Shown piece by piece: positions 7,791 to 16,649 of a stretch of 64,000 bases of DNA. Both the position numbers and the translations under genes were made by a program. The DNA is taken from positions 1 through 64,000 of the IMG/VR virus record IMGVR_UViG_3300033149_007571; one strand, written 5' to 3'. The stretch's first letter is position 1. Every line of letters begins with the position of its first letter. Source of the stretch: a virus. Under the pieces are notes generated by a model. That model made no database searches. It had not been told where the DNA came from and saw only the letters and a program-made list of their open reading frames with translations.

Positions 7791-9152
7791 ATGAAAGCTG
7801 TGCCGTTACCTTACCAATGTGAAGCCGTCGAACAGATCGATCAATTCAAGGGTCGTGCTTTGTTAGCGCATGAGATGGGGTTGGGCAAGACTTTGATTGC
7901 GCTTTGGTGGTGGAAGAAAACCCCCAAAGCTCATCCTGGTCTCGTCGTTTGTCCTGCTCTGGCCAAGTATGTTTGGGAGCGAGAATGCTTGCACAATCTT
8001 GGTGTGAGGCCCCTAGTATTGGAAGGGAGAAAGTCGTTCCCATTGGATATGTCCAATGCCCAGATCGTCATTGTGAACTATGATGTTCTTGACCATTGGC
8101 TTCCCGAATTGAGGAGAACAAGGTTCCGATCGATCTTCCTAGATGAGATACACTACGCGAAAAACACTCGGGCTAAACGAACGAAGGCTGTTCACAAACT
8201 GGCAAAGGGTATTCGGTATATCGTAGCTATCAGTGGAACTCCATTGCTAAACCGTCCAATCGAGTTGTTCCCAACGTTGAGGATGTTGAAGCCAGGGACG
8301 TTCCGTTCCCGTTATGCGTTTGCCAATGCATATTGCAAACCACGATGGACGCCGTGGGGATGGAAGTATGACGGTGCAACGAGGCTGGACGACTTGCACA
8401 AGCTGTTGACGGCCACTTGTATGATTCGGAGACTAAAAACCGATGTTCTTCCTGAACTTCCAGGTAAGATCCGTCGCGTTCTTCAAGTACCCTTGTTGAA
8501 CGAAGGAGAGTATCAAGCAGCGCAAGACGACTTTTTGAGATGGTTATCCAAGAAGGATCCACTCAAAGCTCAGTCAGCAGCCCGAGCCGAGACGCTCGCC
8601 AAACTTGGTTACCTGAAAAGGCTAGCGGCTCGTGGCAAGCTGAAGGCGGTTGTCAACTGGTTGAACGAGTGGCTTGTGAACTATCCCAATGAGAAGATCG
8701 TTGTGTTTGCTATACACAAACCGATGATTAGGGTGCTGCGAAAGCGAATCGAGAGCAAGTCTGTTGTTGTGGATGGTTCAGTCACGGGGCGCCAACGCAA
8801 GATGATGGTTCAACAGTTTCAACAGGACAAAAAGACCAGGGTATTCATTGGCAACATTCGTGCAGCAGGGATAGGAATCACGCTGACCGCAGCGAATACG
8901 TTAGCATTCGCAGAACTGGATTGGGTTCCGGCAAACCACACACAAGCTGAAGATCGCATCCATAGACTCGGCCAAGACAAACAAGTTTGGATATGGTATC
9001 TTGTAGCTGCGAACACAATCGAGGAGAAGCTATGCGAAGTTTTGGAGAAGAAGCAGCGAGTTGTGCAATCGACTTTAGACGGGGGGACGATAGACGATTT
9101 GGATGTCTATCGTCAACTCATGAAGAAAATCCGAAAAGGAGAGGCATTGTGA
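7791..9152 (+). CDS. SNF2-family (HARP/SMARCAL1-like) helicase
   Basis: HEMGLGKT, LDEIH, ISGTP, GITLTAA, QAEDRIHRLGQ. Confidence 0.95.
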   Translation: MKAVPLPYQCEAVEQIDQFKGRALLAHEMGLGKTLIALWWWKKTPKAHPGLVVCPALAKYVWERECLHNLGVRPLVLEGRKSFPLDMSNAQIVIVNYDVLDHWLPELRRTRFRSIFLDEIHYAKNTRAKRTKAVHKLAKGIRYIVAISGTPLLNRPIELFPTLRMLKPGTFRSRYAFANAYCKPRWTPWGWKYDGATRLDDLHKLLTATCMIRRLKTDVLPELPGKIRRVLQVPLLNEGEYQAAQDDFLRWLSKKDPLKAQSAARAETLAKLGYLKRLAARGKLKAVVNWLNEWLVNYPNEKIVVFAIHKPMIRVLRKRIESKSVVVDGSVTGRQRKMMVQQFQQDKKTRVFIGNIRAAGIGITLTAANTLAFAELDWVPANHTQAEDRIHRLGQDKQVWIWYLVAANTIEEKLCEVLEKKQRVVQSTLDGGTIDDLDVYRQLMKKIRKGEAL

Positions 9153-9439
9153 TCAAACTTCGACGATCGACCGTAGATGAGTTCCTCAAGCAATTGGATA
9201 TCAGCGATGAGAGAGCAAATGAAATTGCGGAATCTGACATCCAACGGCTTGCTGAGAATCCGGAAGTAAAAGAGGCCGCCCTTGAGTTCTCGACACATGT
9301 AATCCGACATGCGTTGGTCGTAAGTGACCCTGTTACCCTTATGCTTTTGTTGAAGGTAATGTCATCTGTATTTTGTATGGGCTACCAAATGGCCGAACGA
9401 CAAGCAGAGATCGACGAATTAGAAGAACTTCATAGGTAG
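9149..9439 (+). CDS. Hypothetical protein
   Basis: GTG start overlapping the helicase stop, RBS GGAGAGG. Confidence 0.55.
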   Translation: MIKLRRSTVDEFLKQLDISDERANEIAESDIQRLAENPEVKEAALEFSTHVIRHALVVSDPVTLMLLLKVMSSVFCMGYQMAERQAEIDELEELHR

Positions 9440-9453
9440 AAAGGTTATGGATC

Positions 9454-9639
9454 ATGATTGACAAGAACAATAACACAACCACCGACGTGCTAATCATCTC
9501 AGGAATTCCTACTGAGGTAAAACGTCAGTTCAAAGTTTACTGCGCCGAGCAGAATGTATCCATGAGCGAGCTTCTGGTGCAGGTGATCAGTCTTATCGTC
9601 GAGCACAAAGACGAGCTACCACAGATTTTGAAGAGATGA
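9454..9639 (+). CDS. Ribbon-helix-helix DNA-binding protein
   Basis: LIISGIPTEVKRQFKVYCAEQNVSMSELL pattern (ParG/Arc-like). Confidence 0.7.
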   Translation: MIDKNNNTTTDVLIISGIPTEVKRQFKVYCAEQNVSMSELLVQVISLIVEHKDELPQILKR

Positions 9640-10562
9640 CTCGAAACGTCGCCGGATTAGGCATCCGAGAGTTGTTCAACTCATATGATATCCCGTTCAT
9701 CGTTGGCGGTTCTCACCGACACGTTCGGCATGGATGGATTGGAGTCGATTGCCCTTGGTGTGGACCGGGAACGAACAAATATCATTTGGGTATCCACGAA
9801 CATACGCATGCTGTGGTCTGTTGGAAGTGCGGGCATCACGCTTTGGGGGAAGTCGTTTCCCTTCTCTGTCGTATACCTATCGCTCAAGCCATTAGTCTGG
9901 TCCGGAGAATTCCTCGCGTTCGACCAAGCCCGTTTGTTGAACCAACTCGTGGGAAGATTAAAACACCAACCCCATTGCTAGACCTTCAAGTTCCTCATCG
10001 TCGGTATCTGGAGAAACGAGGTTTTGACCCCAATGAACTAGTCTCATTTTGGCGACTAAGAGCTTTGAAGATCCATGACCGTTTATCGTGGCGGATTTGG
10101 ATACCCGTTCACTTCAACGGGGAAGTGGTGAGTTGGACAACGCGGAGTATCAGCGAAACGACCCGCCAACGGTACATACACGCTCGCCCCGAACAAGAGT
10201 CCTTGCCTATCAAGACGTTGCTATACGGTTGGGACTTCGTTCGAGCTTCAGTCATCATTTGCGAAGGACCAACAGACGTATGGAGAATCGGTCCTGGGGC
10301 AGTTGCAACGTTTGGAATTGCAACTTCATTAGAACAGGTCAGGAAGCTCTCGTCAGTTCCTTACCGCATTGTGTGCTTTGACAACGAACCAATCGCCCAA
10401 AAAGCCGCAGACAAGTTGTGTGATACCTTGAGCAATTTTCCGGGGACAACACTGCGTGTTTGTTTAGGATCAAAAGACCCAGGTCAAGCTACCCAGGAGG
10501 AAATAACGAAACTGAGATCTCTTTTGGAACGGGGCATTCAAGAAGGGAATCATCTGCCTTAA
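9636..10562 (+). CDS. DNA primase (Zn-binding plus TOPRIM)
   Basis: CPWC...CWKC, ICEGPTD, CFDNE, KDPG. Confidence 0.9.
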   Translation: MTRNVAGLGIRELFNSYDIPFIVGGSHRHVRHGWIGVDCPWCGPGTNKYHLGIHEHTHAVVCWKCGHHALGEVVSLLCRIPIAQAISLVRRIPRVRPSPFVEPTRGKIKTPTPLLDLQVPHRRYLEKRGFDPNELVSFWRLRALKIHDRLSWRIWIPVHFNGEVVSWTTRSISETTRQRYIHARPEQESLPIKTLLYGWDFVRASVIICEGPTDVWRIGPGAVATFGIATSLEQVRKLSSVPYRIVCFDNEPIAQKAADKLCDTLSNFPGTTLRVCLGSKDPGQATQEEITKLRSLLERGIQEGNHLP

Positions 10563-10578
10563 AATTTCCAAATTTGCC

Positions 10579-10607
10579 TTGAGGGAAAACCCCCAATCCG
10601 CTATGGT
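10579..10607 (+). promoter_or_regulatory. Possible sigma70 promoter for the initiator leader
   Basis: TTGAGG (10579-10584), 17 bp, TATGGT (10602-10607). Confidence 0.4.
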
Positions 10608-10635
10608 GGAAGGCTGCACGCCGTGTGCGGGGTAA

Positions 10636-10734
10636 GGCCGTTGTTGAATGGAGAGCAAAATTGATAGCAGTTATGAGAGATCCTTCGCCTTGTCACGCAC
10701 TGCTACCAGTTGCCCTGCTCTCCGGGCAACGGCC
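10636..10734 (+). ncRNA. Predicted long rod-like structured leader RNA upstream of the replication initiator
   Basis: Nested pairings 10636-45/10725-34, 10650-57/10716-23, 10659-71/10699-10711. Confidence 0.5.
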
Positions 10735-10736
10735 CG

Positions 10737-10768
10737 AGGCTCGCCTCTTCGGAAGAGGCGAGCCTTTA
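10737..10768 (+). terminator. Intrinsic terminator/attenuator-like hairpin
   Basis: Perfect 13-bp stem AGGCTCGCCTCTT-CGG-AAGAGGCGAGCCT followed by TTATCTT. Confidence 0.7.
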
Positions 10769-10807
10769 TCTTCTGCCCGAATCACTCAGTAATAGAGGAG
10801 GCTTCCA

Positions 10808-12025
10808 ATGGGCGACAAGAAGTTCCAAGGCTTCGTTCTTCCTAAATGTAACTACTTCCGTGTGCCAAACGATTGGACCGACATCATGAATGACATGACG
10901 TCGATGTCCGAGATCAAGGTTGTTCTCTATGTACTTCGGCATACCTGGGGATATTGTGGGGAAGAGTACGAACCGAAACGGATCAGTTTGGAAGAGTTCA
11001 TGCACGGCAGGAAAAATAGAAGAACTGGTAAGCGGATTGATAAAGGTACGGGGTTGTCTATTAACTCAGTAAGAGACGGTTTGTCTAGAGCAATGGAACA
11101 TGGGTTCTTGGGAATGATCGAGGATAACCGCGTTCCGTGGAGAGTCAAAAGATATTATTATCTGATCATGAGACAAACCGATGATACCCCCCATTCACGG
11201 GTATCAACTTCTGATACCCCCCATTCACGGGTATCAACTTCTGATACCCTACCCCTATCAACTTCTGATACCCTACCCCTATCAACTTCTGATACCCCAT
11301 ATAAGAAAGACAACAGACAGAAAGACAACCCGAGAAAGAAGAAAGACAAAGAGAGGGGGCGGCAAGCCGCCCCACTCTCTGGGGTTATCAAAAATACGAA
11401 GAACAAAAAGAGAAAAAAGTCCCCTCCTTCGCCAATGCTTGAGCGCACTGGACTTTTCGGAAGTGACAAGATTAGAGGGAGGAGAAGGATTCCTCATTTG
11501 ACGAAATTTGATCGGAAGGCTGCCGCATACTTGCGGGTGATGTTCAATGAGCATGAGATACCGAAACTGATGGGAGCTAGAGTAGACAGGATAGCAGAAC
11601 AAATATATCTCTTGCGTCAAAGGTATGACAAAAGCAGGATCTTCAAACTCCTCGTCTGGTGGAAGGAACACTATGGCGAACAATATGTTCCAAGAGTTTG
11701 GAAGCTCGGCGATATCTTCGACAAGTTCGAGCGGGTAGAGCAACAGAGGGAGATCAAAGCCAAGGAGTCAACTCGCATCAATGGAAAGAAGATCACCCGC
11801 GATAGTATGTTTGATGCCGAAAATTGTGTAAACGGCATCCCGAGGGTATGGGTGTCAGATGATGGGAAAGAGTACGATGGTTTGTTGTTGCACGATCTCA
11901 GAAACCGAGTGAGGGAACGGTTTGGTTCTGGTTTGCCACTTCAGTCGCAGGTTGACATAGTCTTGGTGGAGATGGACAAGGTTCCGGGTTCGATTCCAGT
12001 GAACGTAGTTGGGAAGGTTGGATAA
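10808..12025 (+). CDS. Replication initiator protein (lambda O-like winged helix N-terminus)
   Basis: NYFRVPND, SEIKVVLYVLRHTWG, GTGLS..SVR.GL motifs; internal iteron array; lies upstream of the helicase. Confidence 0.82.
   Translation: MGDKKFQGFVLPKCNYFRVPNDWTDIMNDMTSMSEIKVVLYVLRHTWGYCGEEYEPKRISLEEFMHGRKNRRTGKRIDKGTGLSINSVRDGLSRAMEHGFLGMIEDNRVPWRVKRYYYLIMRQTDDTPHSRVSTSDTPHSRVSTSDTLPLSTSDTLPLSTSDTPYKKDNRQKDNPRKKKDKERGRQAAPLSGVIKNTKNKKRKKSPPSPMLERTGLFGSDKIRGRRRIPHLTKFDRKAAAYLRVMFNEHEIPKLMGARVDRIAEQIYLLRQRYDKSRIFKLLVWWKEHYGEQYVPRVWKLGDIFDKFERVEQQREIKAKESTRINGKKITRDSMFDAENCVNGIPRVWVSDDGKEYDGLLLHDLRNRVRERFGSGLPLQSQVDIVLVEMDKVPGSIPVNVVGKVG
11182..11298 (+). repeat. Iteron array (putative origin of replication) inside the initiator gene
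   Basis: Four copies of TATCAACTTCTGATACCC (dyad TATCA-N5-TGATA) at about 11202, 11232, 11256, 11280 in 30- and 24-bp units, followed by an A-rich tract. Confidence 0.82.
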
Positions 12026-12232
12026 ATGAGCCGGTTGGCGAATAGGCTGCAGAAAACCATCCAGGATGGTCTTGAAGAATACTATGCTCGGCGTCAGTGG
12101 ATTACCCAAGTGCGGTGTTGTGATCCTTCGTTAGAATTGTCTGAAGTCAGACGTGACTGGGATAGGTATGGGCGTTTGACCGCCGATGATTATTTTCGGG
12201 TGGTCTCGAAGGGCTTGGGTGCGGATGCTTGA
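12026..12232 (+). CDS. Hypothetical protein
   Basis: Abuts the initiator stop codon. Confidence 0.55.
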   Translation: MSRLANRLQKTIQDGLEEYYARRQWITQVRCCDPSLELSEVRRDWDRYGRLTADDYFRVVSKGLGADA

Positions 12233-12243
12233 CGGAAGGCTAA

Positions 12244-13608
12244 ATGAGAATTCAGAGATACACTAAGCAGGATGCTCGACGGGTGCTGGTTGGGATGGTT
12301 ACAGATCGGATTGTCTGTAGTCGGATAGCAGCGCAGTGGACGCCGGAGGGTTTATTCAGCAGCCGCTGGGAAAACATCGTTGGGGGTTGGTGCATTCGTC
12401 ATCTGTTGAAGCATGGGACGCCGATTGGACGTCATATTGAATCGGTGTTTGAAGAATGGTCATCAAGGAAGAAGGACGACCGCATGATCGATATGATGGA
12501 GCGGTTCCTGACGTTTCTCAACGACGAGTACGAACGGGAATCGCCTCTATCGAGTGACTATGTTTTGGATCTTGCTGGGCGACATTTCAATGCGGTCCGG
12601 TTGAAAAATGCAATAGCAGCAGCGGAGGCCGATCTTGATTTGGGACAAGTTGAGGATGCGACCAATCGATTCACGGAATTCCGTCGAATTGAGTTAGGTG
12701 TTGGGTCTGTAACTATTCCTGGACGAGACTTCGAGGCTTGGGTAAGTGCTTTTGATCTTGAGCAAAACCGGTCGTTGATTGAGTTCCCTAAATTGCTGGC
12801 GGAGTTCGTGGAGGATGTGTTCTGTCGAGATGCTTTTGTGTCATTCACAGGATCATATGGGCGTGGCAAATCGTTTTGGTTGATGGAGATAGCGTTTCGA
12901 GCGGTGAAGGCCAAGAGACGAGTGTTGATGTTCGAAGTTGGCGATATGAGCCGTCGACAAATCATGATGAGATTGGGCCAACGCGCAGCAAGACGACCGA
13001 TGAAGGACTGTATTGTAGATTATCCAGTGGCATTTGAGAAAGTTTCCGACGGGCCGATAATAGAGAAGAGGAAGTTAGAGGCTGTTGATGTGCGGAAAGC
13101 GTTTCAAGCATGGAAGAAACTTGATGGGTTTGGCCGTTTCCATTTGTCTGTGCATTCGAGTGGTTCTATATCTGCTAAGCAAATACGCAACCACGTGGAA
13201 GAGGGAGAACGAGAAGGTTGGGTGCCTGATGTTGTTGTGATTGACTACGCCGATCTTTTGGCTCCCCCGAAGGGGATTTCAGACAAGAGGGAAGGCATTG
13301 ATGAGACTTGGAAGCAACTCCGACGTCTGAGCCAAGATTTACATTGCTTGGTTGTGACTGCCACCCAAGCGGATGCGGCTAGTTACCGAGCCAATCTAAT
13401 ACGAGGCGGGAATTTTAGCGATTCGCGGACGAAGAATGATCACGTCACAGCGGGTTTTGGTTTGAATTCAAACGATCAGGATAGGGATCAAGGTGTGGTG
13501 AGGTTGAACTGGTTGAAACGACGTGACGGAGCGTGTAATGAGAACTGGCAGATAGCAGTGGCCGGTTGTTTGGCTATTGGGTGTCCGCTCATCGTCTGCT
13601 GTCGTTAA
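12244..13608 (+). CDS. DnaB/SF4-like replicative helicase
   Basis: Walker A GSYGRGKS, VVVIDYADLL, VVTATQA. Confidence 0.9.
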   Translation: MRIQRYTKQDARRVLVGMVTDRIVCSRIAAQWTPEGLFSSRWENIVGGWCIRHLLKHGTPIGRHIESVFEEWSSRKKDDRMIDMMERFLTFLNDEYERESPLSSDYVLDLAGRHFNAVRLKNAIAAAEADLDLGQVEDATNRFTEFRRIELGVGSVTIPGRDFEAWVSAFDLEQNRSLIEFPKLLAEFVEDVFCRDAFVSFTGSYGRGKSFWLMEIAFRAVKAKRRVLMFEVGDMSRRQIMMRLGQRAARRPMKDCIVDYPVAFEKVSDGPIIEKRKLEAVDVRKAFQAWKKLDGFGRFHLSVHSSGSISAKQIRNHVEEGEREGWVPDVVVIDYADLLAPPKGISDKREGIDETWKQLRRLSQDLHCLVVTATQADAASYRANLIRGGNFSDSRTKNDHVTAGFGLNSNDQDRDQGVVRLNWLKRRDGACNENWQIAVAGCLAIGCPLIVCCR

Positions 13609-13660
13609 GATCAGGTTTTGGTTTTGCTTGTGTCATTTTGGTTTTGAAAGGGGAACCAAC

Positions 13661-14629
13661 ATGAAGGTGACGAAGGAGGATGCAGTAGCGGTTTGTATGG
13701 ATTTTGGCTACTCAGTGGCCGACGGATGGTCGGAGGACCGTTTGGTGAAGAAGCTAACCAGTCTTATTCAACTCGCCAAGGATGGTGATTATGAACCCTC
13801 TGAGCCGAGTTTGCGAAACTTGGTGAGGAAATTGTGTAAGGCTGAAGGCGGTATTGACTTGGTGGGACGTGATAATGCTCCTGATCAAGAAGTAGATACC
13901 GTTGGAGAGGGTGAATTCAATGTGGACGATTTGGATTTGGAAGACAGAGGGTGCCTCGACGATGATGAAGGCGAGGTAGATCGAAGCTCTGAGGAGGAGG
14001 ATGGTGGTATTGATGAGGACGAGGATGAGGATGAGGATGAGGATGAGGACGAGGATGAGGATGAGGACGAGGATGAGGATGAGGATGAGGATGAGGATGA
14101 GGATGAGGATGAGGATGAGGACATTGGCAAGAACAACCCGCTAAAGGTTGGACAATGTGGTTGGGTAAAGAGCGACGACGGGCGTTGGAAGGCAAAAGTC
14201 ATCGAGATCTTGAACGATAGATATGTGATGGTTCGAGATCGTAATGGGGAAACTTGGCAAGTGGGTGTTGAGGAGTTTGAGGTTGTGGTTGTTCCTCAGA
14301 AGAAAACTAGCAAGGTTCGGCAAGAGGACGATCAAGATGAGGAGATCCGCCGTCTCAAGGAGGAACTGCACCGTGTGAAATCGCGACGGGCTACGAAGTC
14401 TAAAAAAATGAAAAGGGATGTTCTGGCTTTGAAGATACTCCGTGAGCATGCGAATGGTGCTGACATCGAGGAACTGGCGAAAGAATTGGAAGCCAAGTAC
14501 AAGAGACAAGGTCGGAAAGCCAATCCAAGACTATCAGCATCGACGATGCGACGTGTGATTAAGCATGGTGTTTTGTTTGGGTTGCTCAAAACGGAAGGCA
14601 GAATGGTTTTTTGGACGAAGCAGAACTAG
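13661..14629 (+). CDS. Multidomain protein with long (DE)n tract, KOW/SH3-like domain and basic C-terminus
   Basis: Translation shows an alternating D/E run, LKVGQ...KAKVIEI...VMVRD beta domain and a K/R-rich helical end. Confidence 0.75.
   Translation: MKVTKEDAVAVCMDFGYSVADGWSEDRLVKKLTSLIQLAKDGDYEPSEPSLRNLVRKLCKAEGGIDLVGRDNAPDQEVDTVGEGEFNVDDLDLEDRGCLDDDEGEVDRSSEEEDGGIDEDEDEDEDEDEDEDEDEDEDEDEDEDEDEDEDEDEDIGKNNPLKVGQCGWVKSDDGRWKAKVIEILNDRYVMVRDRNGETWQVGVEEFEVVVVPQKKTSKVRQEDDQDEEIRRLKEELHRVKSRRATKSKKMKRDVLALKILREHANGADIEELAKELEAKYKRQGRKANPRLSASTMRRVIKHGVLFGLLKTEGRMVFWTKQN
14012..14122 (+). repeat. GA(T/C)GAG hexamer tandem repeat encoding poly(Asp-Glu)
   Basis: Direct reading of the sequence. 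Confidence 0.92.
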
Positions 14630-14645
14630 CAAAAAGGAGCGAGTG

Positions 14646-14852
14646 ATGTTGGTACTTTCTAGGAAGCGGGACGAGTCCATTGTCATTGGTGACAACGTTG
14701 AGATCTTCGTCGTCGAGATCCGAGGGGATAAAGTGCGACTTGGGATAAAAGCACCAAAAGAGGTGACCGTCCATCGTCGGGAAGTGTATGATGCGATCCA
14801 GAGAGATGGTTCAATCCGAGACAGGGAGAGAAGAGAGAAAGGAGGAGTCTAA
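14646..14852 (+). CDS. csrA: Carbon storage regulator CsrA/RsmA
   Basis: [48 protein letters not shown], canonical CsrA sequence; RBS AAGGAG. Confidence 0.96.
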   Translation: MLVLSRKRDESIVIGDNVEIFVVEIRGDKVRLGIKAPKEVTVHRREVYDAIQRDGSIRDRERREKGGV

Positions 14853-15901
14853 TGAGAGTGGAGCGTGAGAAGTTATTGAAGTGTCTTGCGTCTGTCGACG
14901 TTGGTTTGTCTGCGCAAGATGTTATTCAGCAATCGTCCTGTTATGTGTTCACGAAAGGAAGGCTGTGGACATTCAATGACGAGGTGGCTTGTAGTTGCGT
15001 TCTTCCGGATGCTTTGAGCCAATTCGAGTGCGCTGTACCTGCGGCCGAGTTCCGAATGCTTTTATCTAAGCTGACCGATACAGTTTTGGATGTTTCATTA
15101 GGGGAAAAGGATGATGGTAAGCAGATCATTTTGAAGGGTGGAGGGAAGTCCAAACGACGACGAGCGGGGATATATGCTCAGGCTGAGATTCTGTTACCAA
15201 TCTCTGATATTCCAACTCCAAAGGAGTGGCTCAATATTCCGAAAGGTTTGCCGGATGCAATTGCGGCGGTGGAACAGTGTGCCAGTAGAGACGATCGTTT
15301 GTTTGTCTTGACTTGCATCCACCTCCGTCCAAAGTGTATTGAAACTACTGACAACTTCCAAGCGATTCAATATGCAATCAAAACCGGACTACCTGAATCA
15401 GTTTTGGTCAAGCGATCGGTATTGTCTCGAGTGATAATGTTGGACTTCGAGCAATGGACTGCCGATGATTCTTGGTTGCACTTCCGGTCTCAGAAACTGA
15501 CAGCGAGCTGTCGGCGTTGGCAAGAGAAGTTTCCCAATATTAGCGAGCTGATGAAGGTTCGCGGGACTGAAGCAGTATTGCCTCAGGGTGTTGTCGAAGC
15601 AGCAACGAAAGCCGAGGTGTTTCTCGATGATAAGAAAGAGGATATGGCAGGAGTGTGTATTGATATTTCCCCTGGTCAACTTCGGTTGTTGGCGGAAGGC
15701 AATGCTGGGTGGTACGAGGAAAGGCAGAAGAGCGAGTATGACGGACGACCAATGAAGTTCCGTGTAGCTCCTCATCTTTTGCGCGAGATCTGTAGTAGGT
15801 CGGATCGATGCGTGGTTGGTGATGACAGACTGTTCGTCAAGGGAGACCACTTTCGGTATATCAGTTGTCTTGTGCGAAGAAGAGAAGATGAGCCTTCCTA
15901 A
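14852..15901 (+). CDS. DNA polymerase III beta-clamp-like sliding clamp
   Basis: 349 aa; ASRDDRLFVLTCIHL, TTDNFQ and FPNISEL resemble beta-clamp motifs; clamp loader nearby. Confidence 0.72.
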   Translation: MRVEREKLLKCLASVDVGLSAQDVIQQSSCYVFTKGRLWTFNDEVACSCVLPDALSQFECAVPAAEFRMLLSKLTDTVLDVSLGEKDDGKQIILKGGGKSKRRRAGIYAQAEILLPISDIPTPKEWLNIPKGLPDAIAAVEQCASRDDRLFVLTCIHLRPKCIETTDNFQAIQYAIKTGLPESVLVKRSVLSRVIMLDFEQWTADDSWLHFRSQKLTASCRRWQEKFPNISELMKVRGTEAVLPQGVVEAATKAEVFLDDKKEDMAGVCIDISPGQLRLLAEGNAGWYEERQKSEYDGRPMKFRVAPHLLREICSRSDRCVVGDDRLFVKGDHFRYISCLVRRREDEPS

Positions 15902-16649
15902 CTGTTTCCGTTGTGGAAAACAACCTTGCGAGTGTGAGGATGGTATTACTCTTTATCATGGAGATTGCCGCGACGTACTGCCGTTGCTGCCCAGAGAGAG
16001 TGTTGATTTGGTGTTGACGAGCCCCCCTTACAATCTTGGCGATGTACATAGACACGACAAGAAGAAACATCGCCCATATCCTGATGGGCTTCCAGAAGAT
16101 GAGTACCAGAAGGATCAAGTGAAGGTACTTACTATGCTCCATCGTTTATCCAAGTGTGTGTTCTATGTGCATAAGAACAGAATAATCGATAGGAGAGAAG
16201 TGTCGCCGAGATTTTGGATAAGGGAAACTCCTTGGATATGCAGACAGGTTTTGGTGTGGGTCAATGGAGGGCCGAACCACAGTCCCGTTCGGTTTTTTCC
16301 GAAGACAGAGCGGGTGTTTTGGTTAGCCAAAGAGGACTGTCCGTGGTTGGACAACCACAGATATTGGGACTTTCTTACGTGTCTTCCCGATAGGAGAGCT
16401 TTGGATGGAGATGACCATACGAGGACTTTTCCTTTATCATTGGCTTCTGTGATTTTGGAAGTGGCTCCTTGGGCAAAAGTTTGCTGTGATCCTTATGCAG
16501 GAAGGGGCACAACTGGCCGCGCTTGCAAGAATTATGGTCGGCGGTGCATTATGATTGAGGTTGAAGAGAGATATTGTGAGATGGCAGCCGGTTGGTTATC
16601 GATCCCTCCGGTTCGAGGAGATAGAAAAAAGAAAGGTTTGTTTGTGTGA
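15888..16649 (+). CDS. DNA methyltransferase, beta class (SPPY; N4-C or N6-A)
   Basis: LYHGDC, VLTSPPY, H..TFP, DPYAGRGTT, MIEVEERYC. Confidence 0.9.
   Translation: MSLPNCFRCGKQPCECEDGITLYHGDCRDVLPLLPRESVDLVLTSPPYNLGDVHRHDKKKHRPYPDGLPEDEYQKDQVKVLTMLHRLSKCVFYVHKNRIIDRREVSPRFWIRETPWICRQVLVWVNGGPNHSPVRFFPKTERVFWLAKEDCPWLDNHRYWDFLTCLPDRRALDGDDHTRTFPLSLASVILEVAPWAKVCCDPYAGRGTTGRACKNYGRRCIMIEVEERYCEMAAGWLSIPPVRGDRKKKGLFV

Noticed and set aside
11182-11298. Repeats as a CRISPR array
   Set aside because: Intervening sequences are short and duplicated, array is in-frame in a gene, no cas genes; fits iterons
13885-14202. Minus-strand poly-Ser and poly-(His-Pro) ORFs
   Set aside because: Antisense reading of the GATGAG tract
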